From NCBI GenBank assembly GCA_964483365.1, contig CAZABL010000006.1:6859-70858 (forward strand): 64,000 nt of DNA, read 5' to 3'. Shown here piece after piece: positions 28,287-36,915 of the stretch. Within the stretch, counting starts at the first letter, position 1. Each line of letters begins with the position of its first letter. The position numbers were made by a program, and so were the translations under genes. The DNA comes from an uncultured bacterium (lineage in GTDB: Bacteria; Vulcanimicrobiota; Vulcanimicrobiia; Vulcanimicrobiales; Vulcanimicrobiaceae). The notes beneath the pieces are model-generated. The model saw only the letters and a list, made by a program, of their open reading frames with translations. It had not been told where the DNA came from and ran no database searches.

Positions 28287-29218
28287 ACCGCGCGCGGTTC
28301 GCGGCGCTGACTGCGGCCGCGTTCGCGGCTGCGCCGGCGCGTGCGTTCGCGCAGTCTCAAGCGGTGCGCCTGGGCACCGTGCCGGTCGAGAGCTACGCGT
28401 TACCGTACTACGCCGCCGAGCAAGGGCAGTTCAAACGCGCCGGGCTCGACGTCTCGCTCAGCTCGTTCAACGGGGGCGGTGCGGTCACGGCGGGTGTCCT
28501 CGGTGGTGCGCTCGACGTCGGCTGCGCGAACATCGGCGCGCTCTCGAACGCCCACGCACGCGGGTTACCCGTGCGCATCATCGCACCGGGCGGGTTGTAC
28601 TCGACGACCTCGCCGACGACGGTGATCGCGGTTGCGAAGAGCTCCTCGCTGACGACTGGGCGCGACCTGAACGGCAAGACGATCGGCGTCTCGACGCTCA
28701 AGGATCTGCAGCAGGCGTCGGTGATGCGTTGGGTCGACGCGAACGGCGGTGACTCCAAGACGCTCAAGTTCCTCGAGCTGCCGATCCCGCAGGTCCCGGC
28801 GGCGCTCCAGGCCGGCCGGCTCGACGCGGGGATCGTGCTCGAGCCGACGCTCTCGTTCGCGAAGAACGACATCCGCGTCATCGGCAAATGCTACGACTCG
28901 ATCGCGAAGACGCTCATGATCAGCTCGTTCTTCGCCACGACCTCATGGCTGGAGAAGAACGAAGCGCTCGCGCGCAAGCTCGCCGCGGCGCTGCGCGAGG
29001 CCGCGACGTGGGCGAACGCCAACCCCGCCGCGTCGGGACAGATCCTCACCCGCGTCGCGAAGCTTCCCGCCGGACAGGTTTCGGCGATGAATCGCGTCGT
29101 GTTCACCGACCACCTCGACGGCGCGCAGTACCAGCCGGTGATCGACGCGCTCGCGCAGTACGGCTTCCTCCCGAAGGCGTTCCCCGCGAGCGAGCTGTTC
29201 TGGGCTCCGATCGGCTGA
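28283..29218 (+). CDS. NMT1/THI5-like substrate-binding protein, SBP-2
   Basis: GTG 28283 overlaps the upstream stop. The signal is VNRARFAALTAAAFAAAPARAFA. It is colinear with SBP-1, SBP-3 and SBP-4 (for example DANGGDSKTLKFLELP). Confidence 0.8.
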   Translation: MNRARFAALTAAAFAAAPARAFAQSQAVRLGTVPVESYALPYYAAEQGQFKRAGLDVSLSSFNGGGAVTAGVLGGALDVGCANIGALSNAHARGLPVRIIAPGGLYSTTSPTTVIAVAKSSSLTTGRDLNGKTIGVSTLKDLQQASVMRWVDANGGDSKTLKFLELPIPQVPAALQAGRLDAGIVLEPTLSFAKNDIRVIGKCYDSIAKTLMISSFFATTSWLEKNEALARKLAAALREAATWANANPAASGQILTRVAKLPAGQVSAMNRVVFTDHLDGAQYQPVIDALAQYGFLPKAFPASELFWAPIG

Positions 29219-29219
29219 G

Positions 29220-30155
29220 ATGCAGGTTCTCATCACCGGCGGGATGGGCTTCATCGGGCTCCATACCGCGCGGGCGTTTCTCGACGACGGACACGAGGTC
29301 GTCGCAACGCAATTTCGCGTCCGCCGCGAGCCGGCGTTCGTTCGCGATGAGCTCGGCGGCCGGCTGCAGCGCGAGGTCGTCGACATTTCGAGTCCGTACG
29401 CGCTCGACGAGATCGTGCAGCGCCACAGGATCGATCAGATCCTCCACCTCGCCGTCCCGGGCGTCGGTGCGCTCACGCCGGCGGAAGACTATCGCACGAA
29501 TATGGACGGCCTTTTGCACGTCCTCGAGAGCGCGCGGCGCAACAACGTCCGGCGCGTCGTCGTCGCAAGCTCCGTCGTCGTCTACAACGGCGTGCGCGGG
29601 CCGTGGTTGGAAAGCGCAGCGCTGCATGTCGAATCGCCGAATGCGACGAGCGCGTACAAGAAAGCGGCCGAGGTGCTCGGCGCGCATTACGCGGACCGCA
29701 CCGGACTCGACGTCGTCTTCGCGCGCATCGCGTACATCTACGGACCGCTCTACCACTCGATGGTGAACGCGCCCAGCCGCCTGGTGCACGGCGCGGTGCG
29801 CGGACTCCCGGCCGACGGACGCGGCGACCCGCACGCGGACGACTGGTACGACTACTGCTACGTCAAAGACTGCGCCGAGGCGCTGCGCTTGCTGCAGATC
29901 GCGCCGCTCGCCGGGCGCTTCTACAACATCGGCGGTGGACGCGCGAGCTCGAATCGAGAGGTTGCGGAGGCGGTGCGCGCCGCGGTTCCCGGGAGCGCGC
30001 CAAAACTCGCCGACGGCCGGCGCGCCGGCGCCGACGGCGACGACGCGTATTTGGATCTCGAGCTGATGACCCGCGAGACCGGCTATCGGCCACGCTACGA
30101 CCTGCGCAGTGGGATCGCGGAGTATGCGTCCTGGCTGCATGACAACGAACTCTGA
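29220..30155 (+). CDS. NAD-dependent epimerase/dehydratase-family (extended SDR) protein
   Basis: ORF 29220..30155, with the ITGGMGFIGLH nucleotide-binding motif. Confidence 0.8.
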   Translation: MQVLITGGMGFIGLHTARAFLDDGHEVVATQFRVRREPAFVRDELGGRLQREVVDISSPYALDEIVQRHRIDQILHLAVPGVGALTPAEDYRTNMDGLLHVLESARRNNVRRVVVASSVVVYNGVRGPWLESAALHVESPNATSAYKKAAEVLGAHYADRTGLDVVFARIAYIYGPLYHSMVNAPSRLVHGAVRGLPADGRGDPHADDWYDYCYVKDCAEALRLLQIAPLAGRFYNIGGGRASSNREVAEAVRAAVPGSAPKLADGRRAGADGDDAYLDLELMTRETGYRPRYDLRSGIAEYASWLHDNEL

Positions 30156-30178
30156 ACCGCGACGGGTGATGACGAGCG

Positions 30179-30871
30179 ATGCTGATCGCAGCGAACCACG
30201 AAGCAGATGACACGATCGTGACGCGCCTGGGGCGTCTGGATGCGTGCGCGCTCTCCGATGCGCTCGATGCGCTCGGCATGCCGGGGACGGTGACGGGGAT
30301 CCCGCAGCGCGCCAGCGCGCGACGGATCGCCGGACGCTGTATCACCGTCAAGCTCGTCCCCAGGGATCAAGCACCGCGGCACGACGGTCCGCCGCGCCAT
30401 CTCGGCTCGACGGCGGTCGAGGCCGGTGGTCCGGGGACGATCGTCGTCGTTGAGCAGCGCACCGGGATCGACGCGGGCTCGTGGGGCGGGATCCTCTCGC
30501 TCGCCGCCAAGGTCCGCAAGATCGAAGGCGTCATCGCCGACGGACCGGTGCGCGACATCGACGAAGCGCGGCAATACGACTTCCCGATCTTCGCGCGGAC
30601 GCTCACCGCGTTCACCGCGCGCGGCCGTGTTGCCGAAGCGGCGACGAATGTTCCCGTGACGATCGGCGGCGTCTCCGTCGAACCGGGCGATTACGCACTT
30701 GCCGACAACAGCGCCGTCGTCTTCGTCCGCGCCGACGAGATCGAACGCGTCCTTGCGACTGCCGAACGGCTTGCCGCGCGCGAAGCCGCGATGGCGAAGG
30801 CCCTGCTCTCCGGCGAGCGCGTGAGCGTTGTGATGGGCGCCAACTACGAGACGATGCTGGTGAAAGAATGA
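30179..30871 (+). CDS. RraA-fold protein 1 (RraA / HMG-CHA aldolase superfamily)
   Basis: ORF 30179..30871. It contains LSDALDALG, GVIADGPVRDIDE and PVTIGGVSVEPGDYALADNSAVVFV, the RraA-family core. Confidence 0.75.
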   Translation: MLIAANHEADDTIVTRLGRLDACALSDALDALGMPGTVTGIPQRASARRIAGRCITVKLVPRDQAPRHDGPPRHLGSTAVEAGGPGTIVVVEQRTGIDAGSWGGILSLAAKVRKIEGVIADGPVRDIDEARQYDFPIFARTLTAFTARGRVAEAATNVPVTIGGVSVEPGDYALADNSAVVFVRADEIERVLATAERLAAREAAMAKALLSGERVSVVMGANYETMLVKE

Positions 30872-31548
30872 ACGGCGAAACAACGGTGCCCGACCGCAAC
30901 GTCGAGCGCGTCGCACAGCTCGACACGGCGACGATCAGCGACGCGCTCGATCGGCTCGGGCTGATCGGACAATGTCGCGGCATCCTGCCGCGCGACGGGC
31001 GCTTTCGGCTCGCCGGGCGCGCGTACACGCTGCACTACGCGATCGCGGCGAACCCTGCGGGGACGGTCGGCGACTACATCGACGACGTCCCGCCGGGGAG
31101 CGTGCTCGTGCTCGACAACGCCGGCCGTACCGAGGGGACGGTCTGGGGTGACATCCTCACCGAGGTCGCGCACCGGCGCGAGATCGCCGGGACGGTGATC
31201 GACGGCGTGTGCCGTGACGTCGCGCTCTGCGTCGAGCTCGGCTACCCGGTGTTCAGCGCCGGGCACTGGATGCGCACCGGTAAGGACCGCGTGCAGCTCG
31301 AGGCGACGAATGTTCCGGTGAGCATCGGCGGCGTACGCGTCGAGCCGGGCGATCTGCTGCGCGGCGACGCCGACGGCGTCGTCTGCGTCGCGCGCCGCGA
31401 CGAAGAGCGCGTGCTGGCGATCGCCGAAGAGATCGCACGGGTCGAGGACGGAATTCGCGCCGCCGTGCGCGCCGGGCTGCGCCTGGACGCCGCGCGCAGC
31501 CGCTTCGCCTATCACAGCCTCCAGTCGCGGGAGCGTGCGTCACAGTGA
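30868..31548 (+). CDS. RraA-fold protein 2
   Basis: ATG 30868 overlaps the upstream stop (ATGA). It contains ISDALDRLG, GTVIDGVCRDV and PVSIGGVRVEPGDLLRGDADGVVCV. Confidence 0.75.
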   Translation: MNGETTVPDRNVERVAQLDTATISDALDRLGLIGQCRGILPRDGRFRLAGRAYTLHYAIAANPAGTVGDYIDDVPPGSVLVLDNAGRTEGTVWGDILTEVAHRREIAGTVIDGVCRDVALCVELGYPVFSAGHWMRTGKDRVQLEATNVPVSIGGVRVEPGDLLRGDADGVVCVARRDEERVLAIAEEIARVEDGIRAAVRAGLRLDAARSRFAYHSLQSRERASQ

Positions 31549-32222
31549 TGGAGCATGCGTTTGCGTTCTACACGTTGCCGACGGTGACGCGCGAGTTCGC
31601 GCGCCCGTCGCGCGAGCTGCTCGACGCCGCGCGGCGTTTCCCGTCCGCGACGCTGCACGAGGCGTCCGGTCAGCGGGGCGCGTTCCCCGCGGCGCTCAAG
31701 CCGGTCGATCCGGCGATGCGCGTCTGCGGTCCCGCGTTGACGGTGCACGCACCGGCCGGCGACAACCTCTGGATCCACCGCGCGATCGCGCTCGCGCAGC
31801 CGGGCGATGTCCTGGTCGCGACCGTCGACAACGACTACGAGCACGGCTACTGGGGTGAGATCATGTCGACCGCGGCGAGCGCGCGCGGCATCGGTGGACT
31901 CGTCATCGACGGCTGCGTGCGCGATGCAGCGCTGCTCACCGAGATCGGCGTTCCCATCTTCGCGCGCGGGTTGTCGATCCGCGGGACAACCAAAGATTTC
32001 GCCGCACGCGGTTGGCTCAACAGCGCGCTGCAGCTCGGCGACGTGACGGTGCGGCCCGGCGATCTCGTCGTCGGCGACGTCGACGGCGTCGTCGTCGTCG
32101 CGCAAGAGCGCATCGCCGAGACGCTCGACGCGGCGCAGCAGCGCGAAACAAAGGAAGCAGCGGTCCTCGAGCGCTTACGGCGTGGCGAGACGACGCTCGA
32201 GATCTATGGATGGGACCGCTGA
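31545..32222 (+). CDS. RraA-fold protein 3, LigK/GalC-like 4-carboxy-4-hydroxy-2-oxoadipate aldolase candidate
   Basis: GTG 31545 or ATG 31548 overlaps the upstream stop. It contains ATLHEASGQRGAF, GLVIDGCVRD and GDVTVRPGDLVVGDVDGVVVV. It has the C-terminal helical tail seen in class II pyruvate aldolases of this fold. Confidence 0.8.
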   Translation: MMEHAFAFYTLPTVTREFARPSRELLDAARRFPSATLHEASGQRGAFPAALKPVDPAMRVCGPALTVHAPAGDNLWIHRAIALAQPGDVLVATVDNDYEHGYWGEIMSTAASARGIGGLVIDGCVRDAALLTEIGVPIFARGLSIRGTTKDFAARGWLNSALQLGDVTVRPGDLVVGDVDGVVVVAQERIAETLDAAQQRETKEAAVLERLRRGETTLEIYGWDR

Positions 32223-32223
32223 G

Positions 32224-33219
32224 ATGCCAACGATCGAACTGAGCGCCGCGCTCTCCGTCAATGAACGCACGCAACCGCTCCTCGAGGGGAGCGTCTCGCC
32301 CGAGGCGATTCGCCTCGTCGCGACCGGCGTCCATCCGTCCGAGATGTTTTGGCGCCAGCTCAAGTTCGCCGAGTTCGACGTCTCCGAGATGTCGATCGCA
32401 TCGCTGATGATCGCAACCGCCCGCGAGCCGACGGGCTGGGTCGCGCTCCCCGTCTTCACCTCGCGCAACTTCTTCCACACCCGCGTCCTGGTGCGCAGTG
32501 CAGCGGGAATCGAAAAGCCGGAAGATCTGCGCGGAAAGCGCGTCGGCGTCGCAGAGTACCAACAGACGGCAGCGGTGTGGTCGCGCGGAATTCTCAAGGA
32601 CGAGTTCGGCGTCGATCCGACCGAGATCGAATGGTTCATGGAGCGCTCGCCGGAGAAAAGTCACGGCGGCGTCACCGGGTTCACGCCGCCACCCGGCGTG
32701 CGCTTCCACTACATCTCGCCGGATTCCGATCTGGGCGCGATGCTGCTTGCCGATGAGCTCGACGCGCTGCTCGTGTATCTCCCGGTGCGCAATCTCGTCG
32801 ATCGCAGTCGCGCCGATCTTTCGCGTGACCCGCGCGCGCGTCTGCTCTTCCCTGACGCGGGCGCCGAAGGGCGGCGCTATTACGCCAAGACGGGGATGTA
32901 TCCGATCAACCACTGCGCGGTCGTGCGTCGATCGCTCGTCGAACGCCATCCGTGGGTCGTGCTCAACCTCTACAACGCGTTCCTCGCGGCAAAAGAGCTC
33001 GTCGCGGAACGGCGCAACGAGTCGCTGCGACCGTATCTCGAGACCGGTGTCCTCAACGGGTCGGCGAGTGTCGCGCTGGGGCAGGACCCGATGGCGTACG
33101 GCGTGCGCGCCGCGCGTCCGGTCCTCGAGACGATCAGCCGCTATCTGCACGAGCAGGGGCTGACGCCGCGCCGCGTGGGACTCGAGGAAGTTTTCGCGCC
33201 GAACACGCTGGATCTCTAA
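32224..33219 (+). CDS. 4,5-dihydroxyphthalate decarboxylase-like protein (PhtD/Pht5 family)
   Basis: ATG 32224 lies inside ORF 32182..33219. The product is 331 aa and contains FAEFDVSEMSIASL, LPVFTSRNFFHT, LRGKRVGVAEYQQTAAVW and GMYPINHCAVVR. From memory it is colinear with phthalate-pathway decarboxylases. Confidence 0.75.
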   Translation: MPTIELSAALSVNERTQPLLEGSVSPEAIRLVATGVHPSEMFWRQLKFAEFDVSEMSIASLMIATAREPTGWVALPVFTSRNFFHTRVLVRSAAGIEKPEDLRGKRVGVAEYQQTAAVWSRGILKDEFGVDPTEIEWFMERSPEKSHGGVTGFTPPPGVRFHYISPDSDLGAMLLADELDALLVYLPVRNLVDRSRADLSRDPRARLLFPDAGAEGRRYYAKTGMYPINHCAVVRRSLVERHPWVVLNLYNAFLAAKELVAERRNESLRPYLETGVLNGSASVALGQDPMAYGVRAARPVLETISRYLHEQGLTPRRVGLEEVFAPNTLDL

Positions 33220-33220
33220 G

Positions 33221-34234
33221 GTGGCGCAGATCGTCGCCGCGCTCGCAACCTCGCACGGGCCGTTGCTCTCGACGCAGCCCGAGATGTGGCATCTGCGCGC
33301 ACAAGACGACCGTGGGAACCCCGCGCACTGGTACCGCGGTACGTCGTACGATTTTCCGTCGCTCCTCGAGCATCGTGCGCCGGGCTTCGCCGCGCAGGCG
33401 ACCGATGCGGTGAAGCGCGAGCGGTACGAGCGCTGCCAGCGCGCGATCGCGGAGCTTGCGCGCCGCTTCCGTGAGGCGCGCGCCGACCTGGCGATCATCT
33501 TCGGCAACGATCAGCGCGAGATCTATCACGAAGAGCTGACCGGCGCGTTCACGATCTTCAACGGCAGCGAGATTCCGTCGATCCCGTTTTCGGACAAGCA
33601 GAAGGCGTCGATGCCGCAGGGCGTTTTGCTCGCCGAGCGCGGACACACGCCGCCGGGCGGCGCCGTCTATCGCGGCGCGCCCGACGCCGCCACCGCGCTC
33701 GTCGCCTCGCTGCTCGACAGCGAGTTCGACGTCGCGACCTCCGAGCGCATCCCGCTGCACGACGGCGAGGCACGCGGGATCCCGCACGCATTCGGCTTCG
33801 TGTACCGGCGGATCATGGAAGACGCGCCGCCGCCGTCGGTCCCGATCTTCACCAACGTCGGCGAAGGAGTCAATCGTCCGCGGCTGCGCCGCGTGCTGGC
33901 GTTCGGCCATGCGATGAAGCGCGCGATCGACGCGCTCCCGTCCAATCTGCGCGTCGTCTGCATCGCGTCGGGCGGGCTGACGCATTTCTGCGTCGACGAA
34001 GAGCTCGACGCGCAGATCCTCGACGCGATCCGGCGCGGTGACGAGGCGGCGCTCGCCGCGTTTCCGGAAGAATTCTTTTACGGCAACACCTGCGAGATCA
34101 AGAGCTGGTATGCGCTCGCGGCGTGCATGAACGACTGCGGTCGCACGATGCAGATGATCGACTACGTCCCGTGTTACCGCACCGAAGCGGGGACCGGGAG
34201 CGCGATGGGCTTCGCCGCGTGGGAGGCCGCGTGA
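33221..34234 (+). CDS. Class III extradiol ring-cleavage dioxygenase, LigB-family, stand-alone (LigB-1)
   Basis: ORF 33221..34234 (GTG start). The N-terminus is IVAALATSHGP, and ASGGLTHF lies near the C-terminus, as in LigB-type enzymes. Confidence 0.75.
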   Translation: MAQIVAALATSHGPLLSTQPEMWHLRAQDDRGNPAHWYRGTSYDFPSLLEHRAPGFAAQATDAVKRERYERCQRAIAELARRFREARADLAIIFGNDQREIYHEELTGAFTIFNGSEIPSIPFSDKQKASMPQGVLLAERGHTPPGGAVYRGAPDAATALVASLLDSEFDVATSERIPLHDGEARGIPHAFGFVYRRIMEDAPPPSVPIFTNVGEGVNRPRLRRVLAFGHAMKRAIDALPSNLRVVCIASGGLTHFCVDEELDAQILDAIRRGDEAALAAFPEEFFYGNTCEIKSWYALAACMNDCGRTMQMIDYVPCYRTEAGTGSAMGFAAWEAA

Positions 34235-34980
34235 TGCGCGGATTGCGCGGGCGTAAGGCGCTCGTCACCGGCGGAGCGCGCGGGTTGGGCGCTGCGGCGG
34301 CGCTGCGGCTCGCGGAAGAAGGCGTGGACGTTGGGATCCTCGACCGTGACGACGCGCGCGCGACCGTCGAGCGCGCACGCGGTCACGGCGTGCGTGCCGA
34401 GAGCGTCAGCGCCGACGTCCGTGACGAAGCCGCGGTCAACGGTGCGATGGGCGCGATCGTCGAGCGCTTCGGCGGGATCGACGTGCTGGTCAACAATGCC
34501 GGCGTGCTCGCGCCGCGGGTTCCCTTTGAAAAGATGAGCCGCGACGACTTCGCGCGTTATCTCGATGTGAACGTGCTCGGCACGTTCGTGATGACGAAAG
34601 CCGCTCTGCCGCATCTGCGCACGAGCAGTGCCGGACGGATCGTGAACGTCGCGTCGCGCACGTTCTTCATGGGAAACCCGGGGCAGAGCGGCTACGTCGC
34701 GAGCAAGGGTGGGATCATCGGTCTCACCCGCAGCCTCGCGCGCGAGCTCGGGCCTGCCGGGATCACCGTGAACGCGGTGATGCCGGGGATGGTTCCGACC
34801 GAGGGGACGCGCGAGAACAACGCTGAGTCCGTCTTCGTTGACGTTGCGAAACGCCAGGCGATCGACCGGATCGTCGAACCTGCCGATCTCGCCGCGCTCA
34901 TCGCGTTTCTCGCAAGCGACGATGCCGCGATGATAACGGGTCAGGCGATCGTCTGCGACGGCGGAGGGTACCTGCATTGA
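34234..34980 (+). CDS. Classical short-chain dehydrogenase/reductase
   Basis: ATG 34234 shares one nucleotide with the upstream stop (TGATG). It has TGGARGLG, NNAG and YVASKGG, the classical SDR motifs. Confidence 0.85.
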   Translation: MRGLRGRKALVTGGARGLGAAAALRLAEEGVDVGILDRDDARATVERARGHGVRAESVSADVRDEAAVNGAMGAIVERFGGIDVLVNNAGVLAPRVPFEKMSRDDFARYLDVNVLGTFVMTKAALPHLRTSSAGRIVNVASRTFFMGNPGQSGYVASKGGIIGLTRSLARELGPAGITVNAVMPGMVPTEGTRENNAESVFVDVAKRQAIDRIVEPADLAALIAFLASDDAAMITGQAIVCDGGGYLH

Positions 34981-35924
34981 GTGCGGAGACGACAGGCAAT
35001 CTGCCCCAAGGGATTGCGCGCGTCAGCGTCCTCCCCGGTCCGCACGATCACGCCGGCGAGAGCGACTGGGACCGCATCATCCTTCCCGACGGCGTCAAGG
35101 AGCGGCTCAAGAACCAGGCGCTGCTGACGCTCCGTCATCGCGAGCAGTTGCGCGCCGTCGGTCTGGGTCCGCAAGGACTGATGGTCTTCGCGGGGCCGCC
35201 GGGGACCGGCAAGACGACGCTGGCGCGCGGGCTCGCGTTCGAGGTTGCGCACGAGCTCGGTCACGAGGGAACGACGACGTTCCTCGAGATCGATCCGCAC
35301 GCGCTGCCGAGCGAGATGCTCGGCGAAAGCCAACGCGCGGTCACGAAACTGCTCACGAAGACGATCCCCGAGTACGCGATGCGGCGCCCGACGACGATCG
35401 TGCTGATCGACGAGGTCGAAGCGTTCGCGGTTCGTCGCAGCGCGGCGTCGTTCGAGACGAATCCGGTCGACTTGCACCGCGCGACCGACGCGGTCCTCAT
35501 GGGGCTCGACCAAGTCGCGGCGCGTTGCCCGGGGACGCTCTTCATCGCGACGACGAACTTCATCGAGGCGATCGATGAAGCGATGCTCTCGCGCGCCGAT
35601 CTCGTGCTGCCGTTCCATCTCGCCAGCGGCGATGTCGCCGCGCAGATCATCACCCGTTCGCTGCGCGCGCTCGCGACCGCGTGGCCTGATATCCTCGCGC
35701 TCGCGCGCGACGAGGACGCGATTCGGGCGCTCGCCGCCGATCTCGCCGGTTGGGACGGACGCCGCCTCACGAAACTTCCGCTCGTCGCGCTCGCCCGGCG
35801 CGAGTCGACCGCGCGCGACCCCAACCGGCTCACCTTCGACGATCTGCGCGCCGCCTGCGAAGAGCTCGACCCGCGCCGTTTTGCACAGCGCGCCGAGCGC
35901 CGGCTGACCGAGATCCTCGCCTGA
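34977..35924 (+). CDS. AAA+ ATPase of the Pch2/TRIP13-like type
   Basis: ORF 34977..35924 with TTG overlapping the SDR stop (TTGA). Walker A is GPPGTGKT and Walker B is IVLIDEVE. Family-like strings outside the core include WDRIILPDGVKERL, LEIDPHALPSEMLGES, NPVDLHRATDAVLMGLDQV, ATTNFIEAIDEAMLSRADL and GRRLTKLPLVALA. Confidence 0.8.
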   Translation: MSAETTGNLPQGIARVSVLPGPHDHAGESDWDRIILPDGVKERLKNQALLTLRHREQLRAVGLGPQGLMVFAGPPGTGKTTLARGLAFEVAHELGHEGTTTFLEIDPHALPSEMLGESQRAVTKLLTKTIPEYAMRRPTTIVLIDEVEAFAVRRSAASFETNPVDLHRATDAVLMGLDQVAARCPGTLFIATTNFIEAIDEAMLSRADLVLPFHLASGDVAAQIITRSLRALATAWPDILALARDEDAIRALAADLAGWDGRRLTKLPLVALARRESTARDPNRLTFDDLRAACEELDPRRFAQRAERRLTEILA

Positions 35925-35944
35925 CTCGCGTGAAGGGACACACC

Positions 35945-36898
35945 ATGCCGCTTTCGTCCTACGCTCGACCGCTCGCACTCGTCGCCGTCCTCGCGCTCGC
36001 CGCTGCGTCGTCGCACGACGCTCGCGCCGCCGACCGGCCGTCCGTCACCGTCGCGGTCACCCGCTCCGCCGACGCGGTGCCCTTCTTCTACGCGCTGAAA
36101 ACCGGCATGTTCGAGAAAGCGGGACTCGTCGTGCACTACGACGCGATGGCGAGCGGCGGCGCAATCGCATCGGCCGTGGTCGGCGGCGCGGCGACGATCG
36201 GCTTCAGCAACGTGCAGACGCTGATCGCCGCGTACGCGAAACACGTTCCGTTCACGATCGTTGCTCCCGGCGGCGAGTACAACGACGCGAAGCCGACGAC
36301 CGAGCTCCTCGTCGCCGGTGACTCACCGATCAAGACGGCAAAGGATCTCGAAGGCAGAACCGTGGCGGTCGGCTCGCTGCAGGATCTGCAGACGCTCAGC
36401 GTCTTCGCGTGGATGGCGGCGAACGGCGCGGATCCCGCCAAGGTGCAGTTCATCGAGACGCCGCAGAGCGCAGCCCCGGCGCTGCTGCAAACCAAACGTG
36501 CCAACGCGATCGTCGTCTCCGAGCCGAACTTGGAGTACGCACAGAACAACGGCGCGCGCGTCCTCGGGAAGCCGTACAGTGCGATCGCGCCGCGGCTCCT
36601 GGTGAGCAGTTGGTACGCGACGCAGGCGTGGGCGAAGGCGAATCCCGACGCGGTCACGCGCTTCGCCGACGTGATGCGCCGTGCGAGCGAATACGTAAAC
36701 GCGCATCCTGATGAGATGGTCGGGATCATCCACGACTACACCAACATCCCGCTCGAGACGCTGCGCAAGATGGCACGCGCGAAGCAAGGGACGAGCATCG
36801 CGCCGGCCGACGTGCAAGCCGTCATCGACACCGCGGCGCGTTTCAAGGTCATCGATAAACCTTTCCCCGCTCGCGAGATCATCGCCGGGAACGCCTGA
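35945..36898 (+). CDS. NMT1/THI5-like substrate-binding protein, SBP-3
   Basis: ATG 35945 lies inside ORF 35750..36898. The signal is MPLSSYARPLALVAVLALAAASSHDARA. It is paralogous to the other NMT1-like SBPs. Confidence 0.8.
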   Translation: MPLSSYARPLALVAVLALAAASSHDARAADRPSVTVAVTRSADAVPFFYALKTGMFEKAGLVVHYDAMASGGAIASAVVGGAATIGFSNVQTLIAAYAKHVPFTIVAPGGEYNDAKPTTELLVAGDSPIKTAKDLEGRTVAVGSLQDLQTLSVFAWMAANGADPAKVQFIETPQSAAPALLQTKRANAIVVSEPNLEYAQNNGARVLGKPYSAIAPRLLVSSWYATQAWAKANPDAVTRFADVMRRASEYVNAHPDEMVGIIHDYTNIPLETLRKMARAKQGTSIAPADVQAVIDTAARFKVIDKPFPAREIIAGNA

Positions 36899-36915
36899 GA
36901 GAGCTCGAGGACAGC

